Shown: positions 9,186 through 19,305 of the stretch, piece after piece
How positions within the stretch are numbered: position 1 is the stretch's first letter
How the letters are laid out: each line of letters starts with the position of its first letter
Assembly (NCBI GenBank): GCA_046350415.1
Contig: JAXMAL010000001.1
Coordinates: 1,476,782 to 1,540,781 of the forward strand
Direction of reading: 5' to 3'
Origin: Phycisphaerales bacterium
Lineage (GTDB): Bacteria; Planctomycetota; Phycisphaerae; Phycisphaerales; UBA1924
Length of the DNA: 64,000 nt
The notes under the pieces: model-generated
Databases searched by the model: none
Seen by the model: the letters and a program-made list of their open reading frames with translations, nothing else
What the model was told of the DNA's origin: nothing
Translations under genes and position numbers: made by a program

Positions 9186-9213
9186 CCGAAAAGTGGTAAA
9201 TACCACTTTTCGG
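9186..9213. repeat. 28-bp perfect inverted repeat CCGAAAAGTGGTA-AA-TACCACTTTTCGG in the int leader
   Basis: 13-bp arms with a 2-nt centre, read directly. It lies 17-44 nt upstream of the int start codon, between int and the tRNA 3' end. Confidence 0.5.
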
Positions 9214-9284
9214 GGATTCCTGAGCCACTCTGCCCGACACAGGCAGGTACGCATAAGTGCTGCGTTCAGCGTGTTTTTCGTCAA

Positions 9285-9358
9285 TGGGCGCAACAGGACT
9301 CGAACCTGTGACCTCGGCTATGTGACAGCCGCGCTCTAGCCAACTGAGCTATGCGCCC
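9285..9358 (-). tRNA. tRNA-Val (anticodon CAC)
   Basis: The reverse complement GGGCGCATAGCTCAGTTGGCTAGAGCGCGGCTGTCACATAGCCGAGGTCACAGGTTCGAGTCCTGTTGCGCCCA folds as a cloverleaf. Acceptor: GGGCGCA/TGCGCCC. D stem: GCTC/GAGC. Anticodon stem: CGGCT/AGCCG with loop GTCACAT. T stem: ACAGG/CCTGT with loop TTCGAGT. CCA is not encoded. Confidence 0.9.
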
Positions 9359-9434
9359 GACTTTTCAGGCCCCGGGCTCGCGCCCACGGCGGGGAGAACC
9401 ATAGCGCCGCTCCCCCTCCAAGTCACTCGCCAAG

Positions 9435-9752
9435 TCACTCGTCGTCCTCGCCGCCCCCGTCCGCCATCGCCTCATAGCTCGCGATCAGGCGCCCCATCAC
9501 CACGGTGTACGTCAGCGTCCCCTCCGCCGCGTCGACCTCGGGCAGGAACTCCTCGTCCAGCGACGACAGCAGGTCGGGCACGTCCTCCTCGCGCCAGCCG
9601 GAACTCTCCAGCAGCACCACCGTCCCGCTCACCGGCGTGCGAGGACCAAGTCCGAGGAAGTGCAGATCAACGAGCGCGGCCTCGCGACCGTCCTTGTACG
9701 CGATGAACCGCTCCGACGAGAGTGTGCGCAGCGTTCGCTTCCATGTAATCAT
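9435..9752 (-). CDS. Small acidic hypothetical protein (105 aa)
   Basis: ORF with core-like high GC3 and plausible composition (MITWKRTLRTLSSERFIAYKDGREAALVDLHFLG...). No motif recognised. Confidence 0.45.
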   Translation of the reverse strand: MITWKRTLRTLSSERFIAYKDGREAALVDLHFLGLGPRTPVSGTVVLLESSGWREEDVPDLLSSLDEEFLPEVDAAEGTLTYTVVMGRLIASYEAMADGGGEDDE

Positions 9753-9867
9753 GGGACGGCTCCACAGTTCGCCCAGAGCCTACCAGATCCGCGCCGCCTC
9801 GCCAGCACGCCGCGATCCACTCATCCACCGTGATCGTCGCCCTGCGGCTCCGCGCACTGCGCGAGCC

Positions 9868-10731
9868 TCAATACTGGCCCGCGGGCGTGCTCGAACCGCC
9901 CGAGCTCGGGCGCGACAGCGGGTCCGGGCCGACCAGCTGCTTGGTGATCACGATCTCCACACGCTGGTTCTTGCGTTGGTCCGATTCGGTGTACGCACGC
10001 GGGACGGCCCGCTCGTTGTCGGCGCACGCCACCAGCCGGATGTTCTCCCACTTCACGCCGTTGGTCGCCATCAGGTTCGCCACCGCCTGGGCCCGGTCGA
10101 ACGCGAGCTTGTAGCCGCGATCGCCGCCGGCGCGCATCCGCTCGGTGGGGGAGACGTGCCCGCGCACCTCGATCACGAATCGCTGGTCCTTGGCGCGGTT
10201 GGCCATGTCGATGACCGCGTCGCGCGCGGCGGCGTTGAACTGCGCCGAGCCGTCCTCAAAGCTCACGGTGTTCGACACGTTCGAGACATCGGTCTGCGTC
10301 GGGCCCTGGCCGATCTCCTGGTTGCCGGGCGGGCCTTCCTGCTTGAGCGGGCCGAACATCTTCTCTTTCTTGCGACGGACCAGCGCGGCCTCGCGCGGGT
10401 CGCGTGAATCGATGCTCACCGGATTGTTGAACGCGGCCCGGATCCCGATCGCCAGGTCGAGCATGCGATCCTCGGCCGACATGCTCTCGCCCGCGCCGTT
10501 CTCATCGGGATTTCCGCCCATGACGGGATCGGCCTTGGGCCCCATGTTCATCGCCAGCAGGATCACGAACAGGCCCATCATGAGCGCGGTGTTATCCGCG
10601 AACGAGATCATCCACTCGGGAACGCCCTCGTGCTCCTCGTGCCCGCCGCCATGGCCGCCGCCGTGACCGCCGCCGCCGTGGCCTCCCCCGCCATGTTCTT
10701 TCTCGTCATGTCCCTCTTCATGGTCCGACAT
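9868..10731 (-). CDS. motB: Flagellar-type stator protein MotB (OmpA-like C-terminal domain) with a His/Gly-rich N-terminus
   Basis: EWMISFADNTALMMGLFVILLAM is the plug/TM segment with the conserved Asp. The C-terminus has an OmpA/MotB fold pattern (VEIRGHVSP...GYKLAFDRAQAVANLM...NQRVEIV). It starts 36 nt after motA. Confidence 0.85.
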   Translation of the reverse strand: MSDHEEGHDEKEHGGGGHGGGGHGGGHGGGHEEHEGVPEWMISFADNTALMMGLFVILLAMNMGPKADPVMGGNPDENGAGESMSAEDRMLDLAIGIRAAFNNPVSIDSRDPREAALVRRKKEKMFGPLKQEGPPGNQEIGQGPTQTDVSNVSNTVSFEDGSAQFNAAARDAVIDMANRAKDQRFVIEVRGHVSPTERMRAGGDRGYKLAFDRAQAVANLMATNGVKWENIRLVACADNERAVPRAYTESDQRKNQRVEIVITKQLVGPDPLSRPSSGGSSTPAGQY

Positions 10732-10767
10732 GGTGGTTCCTCGCGTGTGCCCGCGGCGAATTCACGA

Positions 10768-11550
10768 TCAGGCCGCGACCTTGACGTTGCCGCGTGTGAC
10801 GGCCGGGATGAACGACATCATGCGGTCGAGCGTGACGCGCGGGTTGTCGCCCGCCTGGATCGAGAGGATGCCCTGGAGCATCATCTCGCGGGCCAGGATC
10901 TCTTCCGACGAGCGGAGCGCCAGCTTGTCGCCGATCGGGCCGGCGACCGCGTTCGCGAGCACCGTGCCGTACATCGTCGCGACGACGGCCAGCGCGAGCA
11001 TCTTGCCCATGGCGCCGATGTCGCCGTCGCCCAGCTGCCCGAACATGCCGATCTGCCCGATCAGCGTGCCCACCAGCCCCCACGCCGGGCCGTACACCTT
11101 CACCAGGTCGAACAGCTTCTTGCCCGACTTGTGCCGGTCCTGCATCGCCAGCACTTCCATGCGCAGCGTCATTTCGATATTGGAGGGGTCCACGCCGTCG
11201 ACCGCCATCTTCAGCCCCGCCGCCAGGAACGGGTCCTCGATCTTGCGGGTCTCGGACTCCAGCGCCAGGATGCCGTCGCGACGCGCCTTCTCCGCCAGCG
11301 CCTGAATAACCTGGATAATCTCCACCGGGCTCTTGCCCTTGTGGAACATGAAGGTCTTGATGTAACCGCCGACGGCCATCACGCGGTTGAGCGGGAGCGC
11401 CATGAACACGACCGACATCGAACCGCCGAACACCGTGAACACGCCCTCCTGCGAGTAGAACATCGCCAGGTGCCCGTGCGATCCCTCGTAGGCGACGAAG
11501 CCCAGACAGAAGACACCGATCAGCGTTCCGATGAGACTGGATTTGTCCAC
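10768..11550 (-). CDS. motA: MotA/TolQ/ExbB-family proton-channel stator protein
   Basis: GPAWGLVGTLIGQIGMF and ALAVVATMYGTVLANAVAGPIGDKL match the MotA channel helices. The track ORF extends to 11679, but GTG at 11550 (VDKSSLIGTLIG...) with an upstream GAGAGAGG is the more likely start. Confidence 0.82.
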   Translation of the reverse strand: MDKSSLIGTLIGVFCLGFVAYEGSHGHLAMFYSQEGVFTVFGGSMSVVFMALPLNRVMAVGGYIKTFMFHKGKSPVEIIQVIQALAEKARRDGILALESETRKIEDPFLAAGLKMAVDGVDPSNIEMTLRMEVLAMQDRHKSGKKLFDLVKVYGPAWGLVGTLIGQIGMFGQLGDGDIGAMGKMLALAVVATMYGTVLANAVAGPIGDKLALRSSEEILAREMMLQGILSIQAGDNPRVTLDRMMSFIPAVTRGNVKVAA

Positions 11551-11836
11551 AGTGTCCGGCCTCTCTCTGAAGCGATGACATGGCGGGGCACGCGTGCGCA
11601 CCCACCCGTCAAGGACATCGGCCGGATCGGCGCACGGATGGAGCGCCGGTGCCGCGTGCGCCGCGCCCGAGCGGATCACGTGCCGGGTGTGACGGTTGTG
11701 CCGCGGGAGTTATGGGAAGTTGAGGTTCACCGCGGAGTTCGCGGAGAGCGCAGGACGGACGCGACCTTGCGCTCGATCTCGTGATGGGCCCGTCTCGGAC
11801 GCCGCACCCACGCACCATCGAACGCCATGATCCGGC

Positions 11837-12253
11837 TCAGCGTGCCGGTTTGCCGCAATTCGGACACGTCGGGGGTTTTGGCTTCTGCCCCGGGGCCGGC
11901 GGCTCGTGCTTTGGCACATAGAACTTCTTGCACGACTCGCAGCGCGACGCCCGCGCCGTGTTCTGCTTCTTGCACGCCGGGCACGCCGGGTTCTGGTCCT
12001 CGTGGTCGCGATAGAACGCGCCGAGTTCCGCGGTCGAGAGCGTGAACTCCTTCTTGCACGACGCTTCGAGGCACAGCCAGCGCGTCCGGGTCTCGTCGTA
12101 TTCTTCAGCGCCGTCGCCGCTGCTTGATGACCCGAGCGAGCGCCACGCGATCACCGCCGCGCCCACCAGCGCCACCGCCGCGATCGAGAGCTTGATGATC
12201 GCGCTCTTCTCTATTGCCAGTACTCCTCGTGCGGCTTGCCGTCGTTGTTCCAC
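11837..12253 (-). CDS. Membrane-anchored double zinc-ribbon protein
   Basis: An N-terminal basic stretch plus TM helix ([19 protein letters not shown]) is followed by four CxxC pairs (CLEASC, CPAC, CESC, CPNC). The start is uncertain; I chose GTG 12253, which overlaps the upstream gene. Confidence 0.5.
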   Translation of the reverse strand: MEQRRQAARGVLAIEKSAIIKLSIAAVALVGAAVIAWRSLGSSSSGDGAEEYDETRTRWLCLEASCKKEFTLSTAELGAFYRDHEDQNPACPACKKQNTARASRCESCKKFYVPKHEPPAPGQKPKPPTCPNCGKPAR

Positions 12254-13020
12254 TTCCGCCGGGCCTCGAGCGTCGGCGCCACCATGTCGCGCTGCTTCTT
12301 GGCGCTGGCGTGCCCGTCGCCCCACACGAAGTTCGATCCGCCCGCGTGGCGCGGGCTGGGCCACTCCGCGTCCGCCGCGTCGCTCGGGTCGAGCGCGGTG
12401 TCCCAGTTGAAGTCCGACTTGCTGTCGGCCAGCATCACCATCTCCGACGGGAACACCACGCGCGTGTCCTTCACCTCGCCGAAGTCCTTGTGCCCGACCC
12501 ACCCGCCCAGGCCAAGGTGCGGAACCGTGAACTCCATCACGCCCCAGTCGTTGTAGCCATAGCTGAACCCCGACACGTTGTTCAGCCGCTTCTCGTTCTC
12601 GTCATAGCCGTACTCGGCCTTGGTGTTCGCCTTGTACACGCGCTGCCACGTGAACTCGGGGAGCACCGACGGGCAGTTGAAGACTTTCATCACGCCGTTG
12701 AGCTGAAAGCGCAGACGCGGCGGCCACACGATGTACGTCGGGCCCTGCCACGTGTGATGCCCCGGGAAGTAGCCCTTGTTCGCCGCCTGGTAATGCACCA
12801 GCGCCTGCCCCAGCTGGCTGAGATTCGCCAGGCACACCGTCTGGCGCCCCGCATCGCGCGCCTGCCCGAGTGCAGGCAAGAGAATCGCGATGAGCAGCGC
12901 GATGATCGCGATCACGACAAGCAGCTCAATGAGCGTGAACCCGCGCCCCGCGGCACGCGTCCTTCTCGCTCGATCGCAAGGGCTATCAGGCCGTTCGCAC
13001 GATGGCGGGCTCTGGTCCAT
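12211..13020 (-). CDS. Prepilin-type N-terminal cleavage/methylation domain protein (DUF1559-like pseudopilin)
   Basis: [25 protein letters not shown] is the classic type IV pilin-like leader and hydrophobic segment. A C-terminal H-x9-DG-like motif ([13 protein letters not shown]) is typical of the planctomycete DUF1559 family. Confidence 0.85.
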   Translation of the reverse strand: MDQSPPSCERPDSPCDRARRTRAAGRGFTLIELLVVIAIIALLIAILLPALGQARDAGRQTVCLANLSQLGQALVHYQAANKGYFPGHHTWQGPTYIVWPPRLRFQLNGVMKVFNCPSVLPEFTWQRVYKANTKAEYGYDENEKRLNNVSGFSYGYNDWGVMEFTVPHLGLGGWVGHKDFGEVKDTRVVFPSEMVMLADSKSDFNWDTALDPSDAADAEWPSPRHAGGSNFVWGDGHASAKKQRDMVAPTLEARRKWNNDGKPHEEYWQ

Positions 13021-13095
13021 GCATCCATGCTACCAGAACCCCTCCCCCCGACACAACGCCCGCGAGATTGCCAAACTCCGCGCGTACCCTTTCCC

Positions 13096-13620
13096 ATGCG
13101 CCACATCACGCTCATCACCACCGGCGGAACGATCGAAAAGACCTACGACGAGGCCACCGGAAGCCTCGAAAACAAGCGATCCATCGTCCGGCGCATGCTC
13201 AAGCGTCTGCGCCTCGAAGACACCAGCATCAGCGTCATCGAGCTCATGAGCAAGGACAGCCTCGTCATGACCGACGACGACCGCGCCCGCATCATCGAGG
13301 CCGTCCGCGCCTGCGGCGGGGCGGTCAAGCCCGGCGTCACCTCGCCCATCCACGGCGTGGTTATCCTCCACGGCACGGACACCCTCTCGATCACCGGCGA
13401 TCGCATCGCCGCCGAGATCAGCACGCCGTCGGTCCCCGTCGTCCTCACCGGCGCGTTCCGCCCCTACGAGATGACGCGCTCCGACGCGCTCCAGAATCTG
13501 ACCGAGGCGATCTTCGCGACCGGCGTGCTCTCGCCCGGCGTGTACTGCGTCTCGCACGGCCGCGCCCTTCCCTTCCCCGGCGTGAAGAAGGACCGCGAGC
13601 GCTGGACGTTCGTGAAATAG
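13096..13620 (+). CDS. Short asparaginase-family protein (N-terminal domain only, 174 aa)
   Basis: Only the 3' third of track ORF 12214-13620 is credible. It starts at ATG 13096 and reads MRHITLITTGGTIEK...ILHGTDTL, carrying both asparaginase threonine motifs (TGGTI, HGTDT). Confidence 0.75.
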   Translation: MRHITLITTGGTIEKTYDEATGSLENKRSIVRRMLKRLRLEDTSISVIELMSKDSLVMTDDDRARIIEAVRACGGAVKPGVTSPIHGVVILHGTDTLSITGDRIAAEISTPSVPVVLTGAFRPYEMTRSDALQNLTEAIFATGVLSPGVYCVSHGRALPFPGVKKDRERWTFVK

Positions 13621-13715
13621 GCACCGGGCATCAGGTGTCGGGTATCCGAATCCACTGACCTTCCGCCCCGTGAGCACGCGGCGAGCGGCGCGGAGTCGGC
13701 GGCTTCGATTGCATA

Positions 13716-14321
13716 TCACATGCCCGCGGCGGCGCGGGCGGCCCCCATCGCGGCCGAAATGGCCGCGTCGTAGTTGGGTTCGGTGGCGACCTCGGGGACG
13801 ATTTGCTGATAGCGGATGATGCCGCAGGCGTCGATGACGGTGACGGCACGGGCGAGCAGGCCGTGCTCGCGGATGCGGAGGGCGTAGCGGTCGCCGACCT
13901 GGCGTTGCTTGCTGTCGGAGAGGGTGATGACGCGGTCGATGCCGGCGGCGGCGCACCAGCGTTTCTGGGCGAAGGGGAGGTCCATCGAGACGGTGAGCAC
14001 GACGAACTTGTCGCCGAGCGCGGAGGCACGCTCGTTGAAGGCGCGGGTCTCGGCGTCGCAGACGGGCGTGTCGAGCGAGGGGACGGTGGAGAGGATGACG
14101 ACCTTGCCGCGGAAATCGCTGAGGTGTTTTTCGGAGAGGTCGGTGGCGACGGCGGCGAAGTCGGGGGCGTCGTCGCCGACGGCGGGGGCGCGGGCCGCGC
14201 CCTCGAGCGTAACGGGCTTGCCTTTCATGGTGACCAGGGCTTCGCGCGCGTGGGGGCGCGGCGAGGTGGTGCAGGCGGGGAGGAGGGCGAGGAGGAGGGC
14301 GGCGGGGAGGAGGAGTTTCAT
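13716..14321 (-). CDS. tpx: Thiol peroxidase (atypical 2-Cys peroxiredoxin), lipoprotein-type signal
   Basis: APDFAAV...FRGKVVILSTVPSLDTPVCD...KRWCAA is the Tpx signature. The leader is MKLLLPAALLLALLPAC. The ATG at 14321 overlaps the upstream stop as ATGA; an alternative start is at 14360. Confidence 0.85.
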   Translation of the reverse strand: MKLLLPAALLLALLPACTTSPRPHAREALVTMKGKPVTLEGAARAPAVGDDAPDFAAVATDLSEKHLSDFRGKVVILSTVPSLDTPVCDAETRAFNERASALGDKFVVLTVSMDLPFAQKRWCAAAGIDRVITLSDSKQRQVGDRYALRIREHGLLARAVTVIDACGIIRYQQIVPEVATEPNYDAAISAAMGAARAAAGM

Positions 14322-15043
14322 GGGGGATTGTTGCACTCGTGGTGTGGAGGCGTCGGCCATTCGCGTTTCGGCGCCTGCTCAAATCTTGGCGAGCCGAGCG
14401 ACTGCATCCAGTCTCTCCACGTCCTGACGCTCATCGTTGAGAGATCGCCCAGTGACACCTTCATCTCTGGCATCCGAGCATGGATGTGGCGGATAAACTC
14501 GTTGTCGTTGCACGCGTTTGCACTGATGGTGAGTTCGTCTGGAAAATCGCTCCACCAGAGCAAAGCATGAACGGTTTGTCCGTTGAATGTGGCCGCGAAT
14601 TCTGCTGACCATTCGAATGTCGGGTACTCGTACGCCCGAAGGAACGTGGCACTAAACTCGCTGACAAGCCAGTCGCGAACAAGCAACCAATCGACGCGAC
14701 CCGATGAATTGGACGGTAGGTCGAACGAGGCTTCAAGCGTGCCGTCGGGAAGTTTGGCGAGATTTGGCGCGAGGTACCGGGGCTGCGCGTTCTGATCGGT
14801 CGGGGCCGGATTGGAATCGCTTTCGGTATTCGTGGGCCAACGAACACAGCCGGTCACAATGAGACTCACGCCAGCGAACATGAGGCCGAAGGCGAACAAC
14901 CAAAGTCCGAGGCCACTATTCCCCCACCGAAACTGCAAATACGCCAAGAATACGAGGACAACTCCGAGTATCGTGATTCCACTTCCAACAACGATTAGAC
15001 ATTGGGAGAAGAGTTTGCGGCAGGCTGTGCCTGATTCTGGCAC
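14318..15043 (-). CDS. Hypothetical membrane-anchored protein (2 TM + ~150-aa soluble domain), lower GC
   Basis: Two clear TM helices (LIVVGSGITILGVVLVFLAYL, LWLFAFGLMFAGVSLIVTG) are followed by a W/F/E-rich domain. It starts 12 nt after the thiC stop and overlaps the tpx start by 4 nt. Confidence 0.55.
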   Translation of the reverse strand: MPESGTACRKLFSQCLIVVGSGITILGVVLVFLAYLQFRWGNSGLGLWLFAFGLMFAGVSLIVTGCVRWPTNTESDSNPAPTDQNAQPRYLAPNLAKLPDGTLEASFDLPSNSSGRVDWLLVRDWLVSEFSATFLRAYEYPTFEWSAEFAATFNGQTVHALLWWSDFPDELTISANACNDNEFIRHIHARMPEMKVSLGDLSTMSVRTWRDWMQSLGSPRFEQAPKREWPTPPHHECNNPP

Positions 15044-15055
15044 GGGTCACCTTCC

Positions 15056-17158
<2,103 letters not shown>

Positions 17159-17160
17159 AC

Positions 17161-17247
17161 TCGCTTCCCTCCGCCGGTGCGAACCGGGTCAGGTTCAACG
17201 GGTGCATCTCAGCGTTCGGCCCCGTATGGCCGCCGCGCCCCGAGCGA
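17161..17247 (-). promoter_or_regulatory. TPP (THI-box) riboswitch in the thiC leader
   Basis: The minus-strand RNA reads UCGCUCGGGGCGC...GCUGAGAUGCACCCGUUGAACCUGACCCGGUUCGCACCGGCGGAGGGAAGCGA. It has the conserved CUGAGA, ACCC, GAACCUGA, CCGG..ACCGGCG and AGGGA elements and a P1 helix UCGCU/AGCGA. The 3' GGAGGGAAG doubles as the thiC Shine-Dalgarno. Confidence 0.82.
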
Positions 17248-17324
17248 ACGCGGGATGGTAGGGACGCTGAGGCGTGGCCTCGGCGGCGGGCGAGAAACGT
17301 GCGGCTTTCGTTGGTGAGGGGGCT

Positions 17325-18458
17325 TTACCAGACGAGGTTGGCGGTCGGGTTGGCGGCGGCGGCGGGGAGTGTGCCCGGGCCGCAGACCACGACTTCACCC
17401 AGCACGACGTTGGCGTTGGCGTTGATGTTGGCGGCGTTGCCGCGCAGGCGATTCCCGATGACTAGGTGCTTTCCGGAGGGGAGATCGATGGCGGTGCCGC
17501 TGCAGTCGTTGAAGTCGTTTCCTTGGATGCGCATGCTGCCGCTGGCGAACTGGCTGGATGCAATGCCCTTGGCGCATTGCGAGATCAGGCAGTTCTCGAC
17601 AGAACTGGCCCCATCGATGAAGACGCCGGCAGTGATGACGTTGCGGATGGAGCAGGCGCGGACGGCGGTGCCGGGGCCGGCATAGATACCCGCGTCGCTA
17701 TAAGAGGATGAGCCGGTCGTGGTGTAGACGGAGCAGTTCTCGACGAGCCCGCCGCTGATCTTGATGCCGGTGGAGGACTGGTTGCTGACGACGCAGCCTG
17801 TGACGACGGAATTGGAGCCGACGAAGATACCGGAATGGCCGCCGTCGATGATGCAGTCTTCGATGCGGGCGCTTCCGAGGAACTGGATGCCGGCCTCCCC
17901 GATGCCGGCGGTGACGCGGATGCGGCTGGCGATGCAGTCGAGGGACTGGAAGATCTCGAGCGAGCCGAGTTTGTTGGCATTGAAGGCGAGGTCCTCGAAG
18001 CGGCTGTCGCGGAAGTCGCCCGACAGGCCGTAGCCATTGAAACTGTTGATATTGCCGTTGCGGACGACGAGGGCGCGGCGCAGGCCGCCGGGAGAAGCAA
18101 TCCCGGTGGAGGGCGTGCTGCCGGTGCCGGTGATCGTGAATCCGTTGAGGTCGATGGTGACATTGTCGGCGGCGACGGCGATGGCGTTCTTGGAGGCGGC
18201 GGTGATGTTGCCCGTCAGGTAATACGACCCGGGTTGCGTGATCTTGTAGAGATTGAAGGTGTCGCCGGGCGTGGTCGTCGCGCTGATGGGGGTGCGGGGC
18301 TCGGGGCCTGGCGTGGGCGCGACCGGGCCGGAAGGAGGATCGAGCGGGCCGGCGGCGTTGGAGCTGGGCGCTTCGGTGAGTTGGGCAGCGAAGAAGGCCG
18401 AGACGAGCAGAAGGGCCAGAGCGTGGGGACGCGGGGTGTCAAAGGACGAGCGGTTCAT
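17325..18458 (-). CDS. Secreted right-handed parallel beta-helix repeat protein
   Basis: Signal peptide MNRSSFDTPRPHALALLLVSAFFAAQL. Repeated ~22-aa units with N/G/I/C patterns (VVRNGNINSF, IEDCIIDGGHSGIFV, VTGCVVSNQSSTGIKI, VENCSVY, VENCLISQC) are typical of pectate-lyase-fold proteins. Confidence 0.72.
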   Translation of the reverse strand: MNRSSFDTPRPHALALLLVSAFFAAQLTEAPSSNAAGPLDPPSGPVAPTPGPEPRTPISATTTPGDTFNLYKITQPGSYYLTGNITAASKNAIAVAADNVTIDLNGFTITGTGSTPSTGIASPGGLRRALVVRNGNINSFNGYGLSGDFRDSRFEDLAFNANKLGSLEIFQSLDCIASRIRVTAGIGEAGIQFLGSARIEDCIIDGGHSGIFVGSNSVVTGCVVSNQSSTGIKISGGLVENCSVYTTTGSSSYSDAGIYAGPGTAVRACSIRNVITAGVFIDGASSVENCLISQCAKGIASSQFASGSMRIQGNDFNDCSGTAIDLPSGKHLVIGNRLRGNAANINANANVVLGEVVVCGPGTLPAAAANPTANLVW

Positions 18459-18724
18459 GGGGCTTTTCACGGACAATCTCCTGGTGCGGGAACTCGTTTG
18501 AGTCGCGTTTGGATTGCGGACGCAGAGCGTGAGCGGCCGCATGGCAAGCTATGACCGAATGTCGCGGGCACGCCGTTTCATCCATCCGTGCGTTGTTTTT
18601 GTGTCGGGCGGCTTCTGGATCGCCGTGATTTGTGGTGCGCGTCGCGAAAAACCCGCGTACGCGTGGCGTTCATCGTGAATTGGCGGTTCCTTCTCGCGGG
18701 AATCGATCGAATCGGTCGGCGGGA

Positions 18725-19258
18725 TTACTGCTGCAGGCCCTTGGAGGCGTTGAAAGCCGCGCTCCCGCCACGGGGGATTGTCAGTGTGCTCCATTCGCGG
18801 CCGGCACGGGCGGCAAGCACGCGCGAGACCTGCACGATCTGGCCCGCGTGATACGCGGCGTGGGCGCAGGAGCGGGCGAGTGCCAAGACGAGCGTGTGCG
18901 GCTCGTTGCGGATCAGCAATGTTCGGGCAAGATCGACATCGCTGACCTCCGCCAGGAACGATTCGAGCGCGGACCAACCGGCACGCCATGCGTTGTTCAG
19001 TTCGTCGCGGTCCTTGAAGTCATCGACGAATTCCGCGTCGCGATTTCGCCAGGGTTTTTCGCCGTCGGTGGTGAAGGGCTCGGTCCAACGCGAGCGGAGA
19101 TTCCCGCCCAGATGCTTCATGATGATCGCGACCGAGTTCGTCTCGGCGTTGAGCGGCACGCGAAGCTCATCCCACGTGAGCTGGTCCGCGGCCTTCTCCG
19201 ACATCGAGCGATAGCGGCGGAACTCGGCGGCGAAGGCGTCGATGACGGCACGGGGCAT
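18725..19258 (-). CDS. DinB-superfamily (DUF1572-like) protein
   Basis: 177 aa. It has a four-helix-bundle pattern with conserved His residues (IIMKHLGGNL...HAAYHAGQIV). Confidence 0.7.
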   Translation of the reverse strand: MPRAVIDAFAAEFRRYRSMSEKAADQLTWDELRVPLNAETNSVAIIMKHLGGNLRSRWTEPFTTDGEKPWRNRDAEFVDDFKDRDELNNAWRAGWSALESFLAEVSDVDLARTLLIRNEPHTLVLALARSCAHAAYHAGQIVQVSRVLAARAGREWSTLTIPRGGSAAFNASKGLQQ

Positions 19259-19305
19259 GCGGGGCTCCTAGGGAAACGGCTAGGACGGTAGGGCCAGCGG
19301 CGGCG

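Larger units (their letters stand above)
1..9284. mobile_element. Integrative genomic island (partial; distal boundary outside window) inserted at the 3' end of tRNA-Val
   Basis: The tRNA-Val 3' end (9285) is followed 116 nt later by a tyrosine integrase reading away from it. All large ORFs left of the tRNA are co-oriented. By eye they are less GC-rich, with weaker GC3 bias, than the genes right of 9435. No second copy of the tRNA 3' segment was found in 1-9284. Confidence 0.6.

Noticed and set aside
1-9284. Search for the distal att direct repeat of the tRNA-Val 3' end inside the window
   Set aside because: No copy of the tRNA 3' segment was found by eye. The island boundary is therefore left open rather than placed arbitrarily, for example in the 2257-2750 spacer.
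12214-13095. 5' two-thirds of the 468-aa plus-strand ORF 12214-13620
   Set aside because: It is an Arg/Pro/His-rich translation antisense to the well-supported pseudopilin gene. Only the part from ATG 13096 (asparaginase motifs) is credible.
13030-14382. 450-aa minus-strand ORF
   Set aside because: It is extremely Arg/Pro-rich. It overlaps the asparaginase-like gene (antisense) and tpx (off-frame), both of which have diagnostic motifs.
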